A stretch of DNA of 64,000 nt, taken from positions 34,968,001 to 35,032,000 of the forward strand of contig NC_043013.1 of the NCBI RefSeq assembly GCF_006345805.1, given 5' to 3'. Source of the stretch: Octopus sinensis (Eukaryota). The position numbers and the translations under genes are program-made. Position 1 is the first letter of the stretch. Each line of letters starts with the position of its first letter. A model generated the notes under the pieces. That model saw only the letters and a list, made by a program, of their open reading frames with translations. It had not been told where the DNA came from and did no database searches. Shown piece by piece: positions 26,361 to 39,510 of this stretch.

Positions 26361-27190
26361 ATATAAATATATATATATACATACATACACACACATATAT
26401 ATAGAGGAAGAAGGAAAGAGAGAGAGAGAGAGTGAGAGAGCTATATACCTAGTTAGATAAAGACAGAAATATACTGCATCAAAATAAAAAAAAGACAAAA
26501 CAAAAGCAAAGGAGAAACCTGAAAGAATCCCCTCTCCTTCTTCGCCCACCCACATTCTTTTTCTCTCTTCCAAATTATGATTAATCACTTCTTATTTGAT
26601 GATATTTCATTAGGTCTTCTCTTTAAATGAGTGACAGTAAGAATTGGTTGGTAAATGAAGCCGAAAGCTTGCCAAATACATAGAAACAGAAACCTATTGT
26701 ATGTCACAGAATCTATCAAGAATGCATGGAATTAAAGAATATGGTTTTATTGTCTCGTTCGCATTGTGTCGCCATCTTTTGGTCTCTTTTATACAGTTTA
26801 GTAAGATAAATGAAATTTCTACCAGTTTTTTTTGTCTTTTTTTTTGGCTCTTTCGCTTTTTCTTTCTTTCTTTCTTCCTTTCAAAATAGCACACACAGAT
26901 GTGTGTTTACACGTGTGCACGCACACACACATGCACACATTAGAAAACAGAGCTCATGAAGCATCAATATACAAGCTTCTATGCAAATGCATGTTTATGT
27001 CTTTATATATATATAAATATATATATACACACAAACTGATACACATATATATATATTTGCACACTCACTGATACACATATATATATATATACATATATAT
27101 ATGTATATGTATGTATATAGACAGAAATACACAGACACACATATATATGCATATATATATATATATATATGTGTGTGTGTATATATATAT

Positions 27191-27246
<56 letters not shown>

Positions 27247-27764
27247 ATATTTTATTAGTATTATATTATATTATATATATTAAGGATCTGTCTGTACACA
27301 CAAATATTGGATAACCGATGATTAAAAAGCAAAACCTAGAGAAATATTCCACTGTTCATACCCACCACTAACCGTTTCCATTCTGATCCATTAAATATCT
27401 CGGCCATTTATTTGCAATATAAACAAGATTTATTTTACCTCTGAGAAAGCCCCTTATTTTGATAGAAACTAATGATATAAATAAATCAGTTTATTTTAAC
27501 CGACAAAGATTGACCGAAGCCAAATGCTGGGTGCCTTATGTGCAATGTGATGTTTGTTACAACCAATCAACTAAGTAGAAAAAGATTTTGTTATGAAAAT
27601 TTGGTAATGATTCAAAAGGAATCGTCATTGTAAGGAAACTTACTGAGAATAGGGTCAGGTTATTTGTTCTTTCCTTCCTGTGTAGTGTTTTCTTAGTGAA
27701 ATGTCTGTTGTTGCTGTTTAGTAGTTATATACATATATATACATATATATATATATATATACTT

Positions 27765-28167
27765 TCTCTCTTTTATTCTTTTACATGTTTCAGTCATTTG
27801 ACTGCGGCCATGCTGGAGCACCGCCTTTAGTCGAGCAAATCGACCCCAGGACTTATTCTTTGTAAGCCCAAGTACTTATTCTATCGGTCTCTTTTGCCGA
27901 ACCGCTAAGTGACGGGGACGTAAACACACCAGCATCAGTTGTCAAGCAATGCTAGGGGTACAAACACAGACACACAATCACATGCACATACATACACATA
28001 CATAAATATACATATATACGACAGGCTTCTTTCAGTTTCCGTCTACCAAATCCACTCACAAGGCATTGGTCGGCCCGGGGCTATAGCAGAAGACACTTGT
28101 CCAAGATGCCACGCAGTGGGACTGAACCTAGAACCATGTGGTTGGTTAGCAAGCTACTTACCACACA
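27765..28167 (-). mobile_element. Family A SINE
   Basis: Near full-length reverse-complement copy. Confidence 0.9.
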
Positions 28168-28183
28168 TCATGTACATTAGAAC

Positions 28184-28350
28184 ACATTAAGAGGCTTCCA
28201 AATAGGAAAGCCTTGTGCTAGAAAGAGCAGTAGAAAACTCAAACTACTAATTATGGATACATTTTCAATCCTTTCAATCATAATTAGTGGTTTGAATTTT
28301 CTACTGCTCTTTCTAGCACAAGGCTTTCCTATTTAGGATCCTCTTAATGT
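28184..28350. mobile_element. Near-perfect 167-bp foldback (MITE-like hairpin) with ~72-bp arms
   Basis: acattaagagg...aataggaaagccttgtgctagaaagagcagtagaaaa...ctaattatg is followed by its reverse complement. Confidence 0.85.
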
Positions 28351-28762
28351 AATAATAATTTCTATAATTCTTATTACCCTAATATTATTTATAATGTTTA
28401 AATATATATATATAGTTATATGTCATTTAGAGATAGAAGTCCCCATGTAATTCATCAAATCCTAATATACATAACACCATATCATAGAATTTTATTTTAA
28501 TACTTACTATTTCAGTTCCAAATTTCTCTTCTACATATGTTTCATGAGGTGCATTTAACGTTACCGAGTCCCTCAGACTTTTTCAGAAAAATGTCTTAAC
28601 TGCAACCCCAATCATCAGGACTCTTCATAACTTTTTATAATTCTATAACTATTCCTATATTTTATATTTTATCAGTTATGAATTTAACTAACAAACAAAT
28701 ATGCGGGTGTGCAGATAAATTCGCCAAACCTTGCCTGGATATTTGTTTGTTAATTACATTCA

Positions 28763-28982
28763 TATATACGACGGGCTTCTTTCAGTTTCCATCTACCAAA
28801 TCCACTCACAGGCTTTGGTCAGCCCGAGGCAATAGTAGAAGACAGTTGCCCAAGGTGCCACACAGTGGGACTGATCCCAGAACCATGTGGTTCATAAACA
28901 AACTACTTACCACACAGCCACTCCTATGCCTATACCACACAGCCACTCCTATGCCTATACCACACAGCCACTCCTACGCCTA
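28763..28982 (-). mobile_element. Family A SINE, 5' half, with a triplicated 25-bp head segment
   Basis: ccacacagccactccta(t/c)gcctat occurs three times at 28910-28982. Confidence 0.8.
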
Positions 28983-29724
28983 TCATGATGAAATAAGAAG
29001 AATTTCTTCTAAAAATGCATGAAACTGTTTATGTTACATAGCCAAGGAATATATTATACATATAAAAAAAAACGAAGTAATATTCATGATTGTTGTTAAC
29101 AAAGTGAGCTTGGTGGCTCCAGCCAAAAAGCTGTAAAGTGGCCCAGATTCTTTGCTTCAATCCAACCAACCACTCATCTATATATACCCATCACCCAAGA
29201 ATTTGCAACCGTGTCAAAGTACACAGTATATAATGGTAAAGCAGAAACAATCAAGGAATTGGTATGTGTATCATAACAATATAAATCCTTCTTTAACTGG
29301 TCAGAAACCAGAGTGTGCTGCTAGAACATATGCATATAAACACTATCGTACTCGTTATGTTTGAGAGCATGTTCGTTAGACGGTAAATTGCTTTAGAGAA
29401 TAATTTCTTACTGAGAGAAGAAATAGAAATAGAAAAGTTAGACAAACAAATGACTTCATGCACTCCATTTACATGCACACATAAATATATATGTATGAAT
29501 ACATATTATGTGTGTGTGTGTGTATGTATTTATATATACATACATACACACACCCTCCCTGTTTGTATTTGTTTCTTTTGGTTTGTTGTATGTCCTGTTT
29601 TCGTTATCATCTTTGACTCTTCACAAATCCCAAATTTTATTTCGGTTTGCAGGAGCAACTGCCTTCAAAGTCTTATATATATATACACATATATATTTAT
29701 GTGTGTACATATATATATATATGA

Positions 29725-29766
<42 letters not shown>

Positions 29767-30024
29767 CATTCATTTCAAGAGTTGCATTCCCTCGCATTCA
29801 GTACAATGTGTTTATTATGGTAGTTTTGACTTTAAGAGTCCCTCCTAGCGTGAGGCATTTATGTATAGTAATGCCCTTAATATAAATAAATATATCTAAA
29901 AGGAATAATTAATAAATTTTTCCCTTATGAGGTTTTTCACACTAACAACTTGATAAATTCTTATAAAGATTTTATCCTATTCTTAAATTATGTATGTATG
30001 TATATTTATATATACGTGTGTATA

Positions 30025-30405
30025 TGGAGCACTTCGTTGGCTACGAGGTTGGGGGCCTCAGCTGATACAATCAATGGAACAGCCTGCTCCTGAAATTAAC
30101 GTGCAAGTGGCTGAGCATTCCACAGACACGTGTACCCTTAACGTGCCGGTGACACGTAAAAAACACCATCCAAGCGTGGCCGTTCGCCAGCTTCGTCTGG
30201 CACCTGTGTCGGTGGCACATAAAATCACCCACTACACCCTCGGAGTGGTTGGCGTTAGGAAGGGCATCCAGCTGTAGAAACACTGCCAGATCTGACTGGC
30301 CTGGTGCAGCCTTCGGGCTTCCCAGACCCCAGTTGAACCGTCCAACCCATGCTAGCATGGAAAGCGGACGTTAAACGATGATAATGATGATGATGATGAT
30401 GATGA
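30025..30405 (+). mobile_element. Chimeric retroposon: a different SINE-like segment fused to a family C tail
   Basis: aattaacgtgcaagtggctgagcattccacagacacgtgtacccttaacgt joins directly to the family C sequence at about 30145. Confidence 0.6.
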
Positions 30406-30489
30406 TATATTATATATATATAGATAGATAGATAGATAGATAGATAGATTAATAGATAGATAGATAGATATAATGATTCAAACATGATT

Positions 30490-30814
30490 GTTACCAGCAT
30501 TGCCTTACTGGCCCATGAAAAACATTTGAGCAAGATCATTGCCAGTGCCACTGGATTGGCTCCTGTGCAGGTGGCATGTAAAAAACACTACTTGTGTGTG
30601 GCCGTTGCCAGAACTGCCTGACTGGCCCTCATGCCTGTGGCACATAAAAGCACCCAGTACACTCTCGCAGTAGTTGTCATTAGAAAGGGCATCCAGCAGT
30701 AGAAACTCTGCCAAATCAGATTGGAGCCCGGTGCAGCCATCTGATTAGCCAGTCCTCAGTCAAATCGTCCAACCCATGCTAGCATGGAAAGCGGACATTA
30801 AATGATTATGATGA

Positions 30815-30815
<1 letters not shown>
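30490..30815 (+). mobile_element. Family C RTE-tail retroposon
   Basis: Same tail motif, ending catggaaagcggacattaaatgattatgatg. Confidence 0.8.
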
Positions 30816-30863
<48 letters not shown>

Positions 30864-30914
30864 TATATGTCTGTATATATATGTTTGTATGTACATATAT
30901 ATATATACATGATA

Positions 30915-31095
30915 GATCATTAGCCACTACACACATTTTTTCCTCTCCTTGTTTTTTCTGTGTCCCTTTCTGTAGAAGAGCATAGGCTCGAAACGTAAAA
31001 GACTTTTTCTATTCTTGAGCATTATACTAATACATCTGTTTGTTTTGTACGCCACCTGTCTTCGTCTTTTGTTTTCTCGTAAACTCTCCCTATAT
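30915..31095 (+). mobile_element. Family E short TA-embedded element with a hammerhead-like motif (30965-31002)
   Basis: Motif cttt CTGTAGA a gagc atag gctc GAAAC GTA aaag; ends ctctccc followed by (ta)n. Confidence 0.75.
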
Positions 31096-31123
31096 ATAAT
31101 ATATATATGTGGTGTGTGTGTAT

Positions 31124-31207
<84 letters not shown>

Positions 31208-31247
31208 ATTATATATATATATATATACATTGATAGATGATAGATAG

Positions 31248-31279
<32 letters not shown>

Positions 31280-31904
31280 GAGAGCAAGGGAGATGGAGAG
31301 CTTTGCCAATCAGAAGACTAGCAGAAGATGCACTCAGCTGCTATAGAGTAATGGACAAATAAAAGAAGAGAATAAAATCAAAATGAAAAAATCCTTTCAT
31401 AATATTTCAAAAAACAATAAAAAGATTATTTTTATTATTTTTTTTTGTTTTATTTTTTTCTGCATATGCTAATAGAAATTAATAAACTCATAAAACATAA
31501 AAGAGCATCCAACTCATTTATGTCCTTCTTAATTTATATCGATTTCATTACATTTCTTCCTGGAAGGTATTTCAGAGAAATTAAAAATTTAGTTATTTTT
31601 CAAAGTCTAGACACCAATTGCTGATATTAGTTGTATTTATTTATTGAAAGGCTAATAGTCTTCGAGATAGGATATTGTGCCTGTGATCAAGAGGTCATGA
31701 GTTCGATTCCTGGCTCCGGTGGCATGTTGTGCCATTTGAGCAATGCATTTTATTTCATGTTTGTTACAGTCTACTCAGCCGAAATGAGTACCAACCGACT
31801 TTTGGTTCAGCCTTCTCTCACACCAACAGATGTTGTGTTGGGTCAAAAATGAGCGAGATGAGTGAGTGCCTATTTGTTTGCTTGTTATTATAAAAGCACC
31901 TAAG

Positions 31905-32125
31905 GCGGCACGCTGACAGAAACGTTAGCATGTCAGGCAAAATGCTTCGCGGTATTTCATCTGTCTTTACGTTCTGAGTTCAAATTCCGACAAGGTCAAC
32001 TTTGCTTTTCATTTTTTCAAGGTCGATAAATTCAGTACCAGTTGCTTACTGGAGTCGATCTAATTGACTGGCTTCCTCCTCCAAAAATTTCAGACCTTGT
32101 ACCTAGAGTAGAAAGGGTTATTATA
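31905..32125 (+). mobile_element. Family B SINE
   Basis: taaggcggcacgctgacagaaacgttagc...ctgagttcaaattcc...gtcgataaattcagtaccag. Confidence 0.85.
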
Positions 32126-32195
32126 AAAGCACCTAAATACATTTAGTGTTGTAGATAAAGATGTTGGTTAATGCAGTGCAGTCACCTAGAAGTTC

Positions 32196-32410
32196 TGGTG
32201 GAGGCACGTGGCTTAGTGGTTAGGATGCTGGATTCCTTGTTGTAAGACTGCGGTTTCGATTCCTGGACCAGCTGATGTGTTGAGCTCTTGAGCAAAAGAC
32301 TTCATTTTAAGTTACTCCAGTTCAGTCAGCTGTCAAAAATGAATAATCCTGTGATGGACTGGTGTCCTGTCCAGGTGAGGAATTCATGTGCCATGGAAAC
32401 CAGAAGGTAA
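32196..32410 (+). mobile_element. Older tRNA-derived SINE with a V-domain-like segment
   Basis: Head ggaggcacgtggcttagtggttagg...ggtttcgattcc and the segment tgtgatggactggtgtcctgtccagg. Related copies at about 31640-31800, 60466-60640 and 60700-60850. Confidence 0.6.
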
Positions 32411-32857
32411 CTTTACCTAACTTTTACCTAGATGTTCTGAGTTCCATCCCAGGCAAAATGCTAAAGTAATTCACAAAAATAACCAACTGGAAGCAAAGAA
32501 TGCCACAAAACACAGAGAACAGAATGAGAACAGTGTACTCTCATGGATCAAATAAAGGGTTAAGTCTGAAATTCCAATACAAGAGTCCGAGTTCAACACA
32601 AAGAGACCTGAAGTAGACTGGAAAGTACAACAGTAGATATAATATAAATTCCTTATCTCACAAATATAGAACTGAATTAGAAAAAAAGGTATGACAAATA
32701 CTATTGAGTCATACTCGCACGTAAGTGACAGCACTGGGATACATCGGAATACTGTTCTTGCATGCATTTTGTCTTTATTCCGTGGGACTCCCATACTGAC
32801 ATTCAATTCTCAAACTAACTATTTTGCTATTTAGACTGACTAATGAAGGGCTGTACA

Positions 32858-33267
32858 GGCTCCCTGTTTGTTTTGGCATGGTTTCTACGGCCGGATGCCC
32901 TTCCTAACACCAACTACTTTACAGAGTGTACTGGGTGTTTTTTTAACATGGCACCAGCACCTATGAGCCTATGAGATTAGTGATAACACAGCTGGCTCCC
33001 TGTTTGTTTTGGCATGGTTTCTACAGCTGGATGCCCTTCCTAACACCAACTACTTTACAGAGTGCACTGGGTGTTTTTTTAACGTGGCACCAGCACCTAT
33101 GAGCCTATGAGATTAGTGATAACACAGCTGGTTCCCTGTTTGTTTTGGCATGGTTTCTACGGCTAGATGCCCTTCCTAATACCAACTACTTTACAGAGTG
33201 TACTGGGGGTTTTTTTAACATGGCACCAGCACCTATGAGCCTATGAGATTAGTGATAACACAGCTGG
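32858..33267. repeat. Three tandem 136-bp copies derived from a family C fragment
   Basis: Unit anchors (tccctgtttg) at 32861, 32997 and 33133; contains ctacagctggatgcccttcctaac. Confidence 0.9.
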
Positions 33268-33829
33268 ATGAACCTTTATGCAAGGACAACCATGCTCTTA
33301 CTTAGCTTGACATGTCTTTTCAAGCACAGCAAACCACCAGGATTCTTAGTCTCCTATCATCCCCTCTGTGAATCCCTGGCTTCTTTCTGCCTCCTTTTCT
33401 CAAATCCACTCACAAGGTTTTCGTCAACTTGGACTACACTAACCCAAGGTGCCCTTCTTTGGTACTGGCTGGAAACTGTGTCACTGGAATGCAAACTTCT
33501 TGCCTCAAAGCCTTCCAAGCACCTATAAAAATATATATAAAAAACATACCATTTATATATATATATATACATACATACACACATATATATATTTATTATT
33601 CATTAATAAGCATAGTATTGACAGTAACTGCAAAGTTTTTGGATTTTCTGGGATAAGTAGAACTCCGCTGAATGATAATTAGGTTGTAGATTAAGTTGTG
33701 ATAGAAAGGTATTACAGATGTGTATTGATTAAATTTGGAGTCGTGTTTTACATACATACATGCAGACAGACAGACACGTGGACAAACAGATAGATAGATG
33801 ATAAATAGATAGATAGACAGATGGATAAA

Positions 33830-33842
33830 CATGTATGTGTGT

Positions 33843-33880
<38 letters not shown>

Positions 33881-33960
33881 ATATATATATATATACATAT
33901 ATATATACACACACATATATATATAAATATATATATATATATACATATATATATACACAC

Positions 33961-34013
<53 letters not shown>

Positions 34014-34030
34014 GTGTGTATACATATATG

Positions 34031-34064
<34 letters not shown>

Positions 34065-34150
34065 TACATACATATATATATATACACACACACATATATA
34101 TATATGTGCATATATGTATTTATGAGTGTATATATATATATTATATACAT
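33830..34150. repeat. (TA)n/(TG)n/(CA)n compound microsatellite; similar blocks at 38930-39230, 40370-40910, 44890-45400 and 45640-46360
   Basis: Seen directly; explains the YI/CV/HT ORFs. Confidence 0.95.
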
Positions 34151-34800
34151 GCATGAATGAATATATATGTAGATATATTTCTAAATGTATGAATATGTGT
34201 GTGAGTTTGTGTATACACCAATAGATGGATAGATAGATAGGTTTATACACTACAGAGCGATACGTATGCACAGAGAGAGGAGGGGAGGAAGAGAGAGTAA
34301 AAAGGATGATAGACATTTACACAACCATATATTAGTAAGTATTCAGCTGTCAGTGATGGTCTCATTGAACATACAAAAATAATTGAAGTCACTAATAATG
34401 TATATTTGTCAAATAAATCATTTTGGTACCATAAATCTATTCAATTAATTTTACTTATGATTAAAATGTATATGCATTTCATGTAGATGTATTATATTTT
34501 TATGTATTGTGGTTATAAAAACATGAGTACTTATCTCGCACACGCACACAGATACACACACTCACACACACAACCACACATGCACACACACACACACACT
34601 CACATACTTAAATTGCTTTCTCTCAACTTATAAACATATATACATCTATTTATCTATCTATCTATATATATATATGTATATATATATATTTTATGCAAGA
34701 CACAGAGAGAGAAAGAGATAACAGTTTATGTACTTGTATATATGTATACACACACACACAAACACACACATACACACATACACACATATATATATATATC

Positions 34801-35216
34801 TCTTTTACTCTGTTACTCTCTTTTACTTGTTTCAGTCATTTGACTGCGGCCATGCTGGAGTACCACCTTTTAGTCGAGCAAATCGACCCCGAGACTTATT
34901 CTTTGTAAGCCCAGTACTTATTCTCTCAGTCTATTTTGCCGAACCGCTAAGTGACGGGGACGTAAACACACCAGCATCGGTTTTCAAGCAATGCTAGGGG
35001 GACAAACACAGACACACAAACACATACACACACACATATATATACATATATACGACAGGCTTCTTTCAGTTTCCGTCTACCAAATCCACTCACAAGGCAT
35101 TGGTCGGCCCGGGGCTATAGCAGAAGACACTTGCCCAAGATGCCACGCAGTGGGACTGAACCCGGAACCATGTGGTTGGTTAGCAAGCTACTTACCACAC
35201 AGCCACTCCTGCGCCT
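34801..35216 (-). mobile_element. Family A SINE, full length, young-looking
   Basis: Complete head-to-tail copy, nearly identical to 35927-36344 and 27765-28167. Confidence 0.92.
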
Positions 35217-35926
35217 ATATATATATGTTATCATGTATGTATGGATGACCCATGCCAGCATGGAAAGTGGACGTTAAATGTTGATGTGTACACATACATA
35301 CATACATACACACACACACGCACACACACACACATACACGCACATCATATATCCTAATCAACATCATCAATGTACAATGATATTATGATTACAACAGTGA
35401 TGATGATGATAATGATGATGACAATGATAATGATGATGATGATAATGAAGATAATGAAGATGATGATGGTAATGATGATGATGATGGTAAAGGTGATGAC
35501 GACAGCAGCAACAGCGACGATGTTTATAGAGTGGCCTTTCCTAACAATGCAACCTCTCACCACCACTAGTGTTGTCATCATTTGTCATCACCTTTATAAA
35601 ATTCAATCTCTGGAATTCAACTTCCACTACTTTTGCTCATGTCTTCCAAAGTCTCCATCTTCCAAAACTTCATACACACAGGGTCCTTTGGAACTTATTT
35701 ACCAAACTGCCATCATGTTACACTGTACTCCCTTTTCTTGCAAACTACTCCTAAAACCTTTTATACACTGAGGTTCTCTTTTACTTGTCTGTGTATCATC
35801 ATTCATATAAACTAACATGTTATAAAGTATCGTCCACTTAGTTCTTTCTATGATTCACACATCTTAACAATTCAAGACAAATGGTTTGCTAGGGAAACCT
35901 AGGTGCTGTAAGCATTCCCTTTATTA

Positions 35927-36344
35927 TAGGCGCAGGAGTGGCTGTGTGGTAAGTAACTTGCTAACCAACCACATGGTTCCGGGTTCAGTCCCACTGCGTG
36001 GCATCTTGGGCAAGTGTCTTCTGCTATAGCCCCGGGCCGACCAATGCCTTGTGAGTGGATTTGGTAGACGGAAACTGAAAGAAGCCTGTAGTATATATAT
36101 GTATATATATATATAAGTGTGTGTGTATATGTTTGTGTGTCTGTGTTTGTCCCCCTAGCATTGCTTGACTACCGATGCTGGTGTGTTTACATCCCCGTAA
36201 CTTAGCGGTTCAGCAAAAGAGACCGATAGAATAAGTACTTGGCTTACAAAGAATAAGTCCTGGAGTCGATTTGCTCGACTAAAGGCGGTGCTCCAGCATG
36301 GCCGCAGTCAAATGACTGAAACAAATAAAAGAGTAAAAGAGTAA
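35927..36344 (+). mobile_element. Family A SINE, full length
   Basis: Head ggcgcaggagtggctgtgtggtaag...ccgggttcagtccc (A- and B-box-like), internal TA/TG run, tail gaaacaaataaaagagtaaaagagtaa. Confidence 0.92.
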
Positions 36345-36784
36345 GTTACCAAATATCTCATGCATGAGCGTTAGAGAATCTACCATTTTGTTTCATGGCA
36401 GAATCTCTATAGTACCAGTTGAGGTAATAGCTCACTGACTTTTTGCTACACACTGAAGAGATGCAGCAAGAGGTACAGGCAATGCTTGATGGAGAAAAGC
36501 ACTACGTTAAAGAAATCTCTTCACTTGGATACCTACCTGAGCCATGAAAATCAAGTTTTTCGGATCTTGCCCACTTGAATAAAACTACGTGCTCAGATAC
36601 AAGTCAGCTACACCATGTGTATAAATGTTAGAGCTCCTACCAATATTATTCCTCACCACCATAGCTTGAGGGTTCAACAAGAGCTCTGCTCAAACCATTA
36701 CATACACACACACACAAATATATACATGTTTACACACACACACATACATCATAGTCATCATCATCATTGCCATCCTCATCACTG

Positions 36785-37200
36785 CCATCATCATCATCAT
36801 TTAACATCTGCTTTCCATGCTTGCATGGGTTGGACGTTTTGACTGAGGTCTGGAGAGCCAGCAGCAGCTTCACCAGGCTCCAATCTGATCTGGCAAAGTT
36901 TCTACAGCTCAATGCCCTTCCTAATGCCAACCACTCCAAGAGTGTAGTGGGTGCTTTTTACGTGCCACTGGCATAAGAGCCAGTCAGGCGGCCCTGGTAT
37001 CGATCACATTTGCATAGTGCTTTGTATGTGCCACCAGCATAGAAGCCAGTCAGGCAGCACCGGTATCAGCCACGTTCAGATGGTGCTTTTTACATGTCAC
37101 TGGCATGGGAGCCAGTCAGGGAACACTGGAATTCAACCACATTTGGATGATGCATTTTACATGCCACCAGAACAGGAACCAGTCAGGGGCCACTGGCGAC
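36785..37200 (-). mobile_element. Family C RTE-tail retroposon with several internal subrepeats
   Basis: Tail motif plus repeated ttttacatgccac...agccagtcagg units. Confidence 0.8.
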
Positions 37201-37769
37201 AGCTACAATTTTGGTTGACTATATATATATATATATATATGTTATACGCACATACACACGCACACACACACACACACACACACACCACACATATAATTTG
37301 ATAGACACAGGTCTTAGATATAGGCTACTATTAGGTTCATGCTGTAGAAACAGAATACACTGATAAACTGGCAGATGTATATTTCATACATTGTACTTCC
37401 AAGCAATACTTCAGGCTGAAATACACAACACGACCAGACTTAGTTGAATATCATGTAAGACACTGTTTCTATGAAAAAACATGAGAAATGACAAGAAGAA
37501 ATGTGGAAGTAAAAGATGGAATATGATAAAGTTTATTACAAAAACAAAGACTGAAATGGTAAAACGGAAAAACAAAGGAAAACAAGAGAGAAAAACAAGA
37601 ATTGTGTCACCTTTGTCAAAATTAGAATTAAAATGGATGATGTTCAAATCAGAATTGATATAGCAGGTACAACAGAATTCAATGAGAAGGAGGCCCAAAT
37701 CTCTGAGACTGCAGTCTTAATATGGAGAGGGTGGTGTCCTCCAGTTTAACAAAAGAAATTTGCCTGTAA

Positions 37770-38140
37770 CTCTCTTTTACTCTTTTACTTGGTTCAGTCA
37801 TTTGACTGCGGCCATGCTGGAGCACCGCCTTTGATCGAGCAACTCGACCCCAGGACTTATTCTTTTGTAAGCCCAGTACTTATTCTCTCAGTCTCTTTTG
37901 CCGAACGGCTAAGTAACGGGGATATAAACACACCAGCATCGGTTGTCAAGCAATGTTAGGGGGACAAACACAGACACACAAACACACACACATATATATA
38001 CATATATACGACGGGCTTCTTTCAGTTTCCGTCTACCAAATCCACTCACAAGGCATTGGTCGGCTCGAGGCTATAGTAGTAGACAGTTGCCCAAGGTGCC
38101 ACGCAGTGGGACTGAACCCGGAACCATGTGGTTGGTAAAC
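37770..38140 (-). mobile_element. Family A SINE
   Basis: Reverse-complement match; the head is slightly truncated. Confidence 0.88.
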
Positions 38141-38789
38141 GTAGGGATCTGGAGTTCTTGGAACAAAAACGACTGTGAGAATGTTTGGCTACACATAACC
38201 TACAACTCTTTGATTCATTTACATATGGCGTGAATACTTCACTTGATTGTGTATGGTATGCAATTGGCCTTCAGATTCCATATATAGCTAGAAAACTTTG
38301 TGCCTTGGAACTTATCCATGTGTTACAAAAAAGACTGGTGGTTTGCATAGCTTTCTTAAAATTACCTTTGCATGAACCAAATGTAGTTTTTCTTTTGGAT
38401 TTTCTTTATTTTGGAGCATTGTTGTGACTTGAGATCTATAAAGTATTGAATTGATCACGCATGCTCAATTGAGTGGGAAAGCTTCAGGATAACAACACTT
38501 ACAGTTTGGAGTGTGCTCTTGGTGTAGCCAGTGAGTGATCATGTCTTTCATATTGGGGAAGCACATGTATGAAATTTTCTCTGAACATCTATTAAAAGTT
38601 TTCTATTAAAGTTTTCTTGTAGTAAGGGTTAACTTTGAAATGCCTATCTGTTAAGGCCTGTGGTTACCACAGCTAAACTTGCACCAATCACAGCTGCACC
38701 TACGCATATCTATCTATCTATCTATCTTTCTCCCCCCCCCCATCTCTCCCTTTGGATCGCCAAATTCACAAGATTTTTATTCTCTGTTT

Positions 38790-38925
38790 ATGTTCTCTCA
38801 TTTCTGTTGAAGAAAGTAGGTCCGAAACGTAAAAGACTTTCTCACTTTCCCAAGTGTCAAACTAATACATCTGCTTGTTGTTCATACACCTGACTTTGTC
38901 TTTTGCTTTTCTGTAAATTTCAACT
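38790..38925 (+). mobile_element. Family E-related element with a degenerate hammerhead-like motif
   Basis: ttt CTGTTGA agaaagtaggtcc GAAAC GTA aaag; ends ttcaac followed by (ta)n. Confidence 0.65.
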
Positions 38926-39088
38926 ATACATACATGCATATATATATATGCACACATGCATATATATATATATGCACATATATATATGCATATATGTATA
39001 TATACATATATATATACATATGAATATATATTATTTACATATATATGCATATGTATATATATATATATATATATATGCATTATATATA

Positions 39089-39135
<47 letters not shown>

Positions 39136-39475
39136 CATATATATATATATATACACACACCACATACATATATATACATATATGAATATATGTACTTATA
39201 TATGAATATATATGTATGTATGTATGTATACCCAGACTTGCAAGAAAAAAATTAAGTATAAAATGAAGAAACTGACAGATATATCCAAATTTGTAGTTAT
39301 TTCTGTGGGCACTAAATGTATAGAATGCACACAAAACATCCCATTTTGTCTTTAACATGTCAAATGTTATAAGCAAACAAACCAGTAGAAGAAAAGAACA
39401 GTAAAGTAGTGTTAACGGTAGTGTGGGTGTAAGGTGGTAATGAAATGAGAAGGTGGAGAAACAGTAACCGTAATA

Positions 39476-39510
<35 letters not shown>

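Noticed and set aside
35927-36010. tRNA gene
   Set aside because: A/B-box-like heads belong to SINEs; there is no complete cloverleaf or acceptor stem.
36431-36547. LTDFLLHTEEMQQEVQAMLDGEKHYVKEISSLGYLPEP, faintly like the start of a RhoGEF DH domain
   Set aside because: Only 38 codons, ends in a stop, has a poor acceptor and no donor; the resemblance is within chance.
37392-37415. Minus-strand PEVLLGST after a good acceptor, like a CDK-family kinase motif
   Set aside because: The expected downstream DxWSxG motif is absent and no other kinase exons were found.
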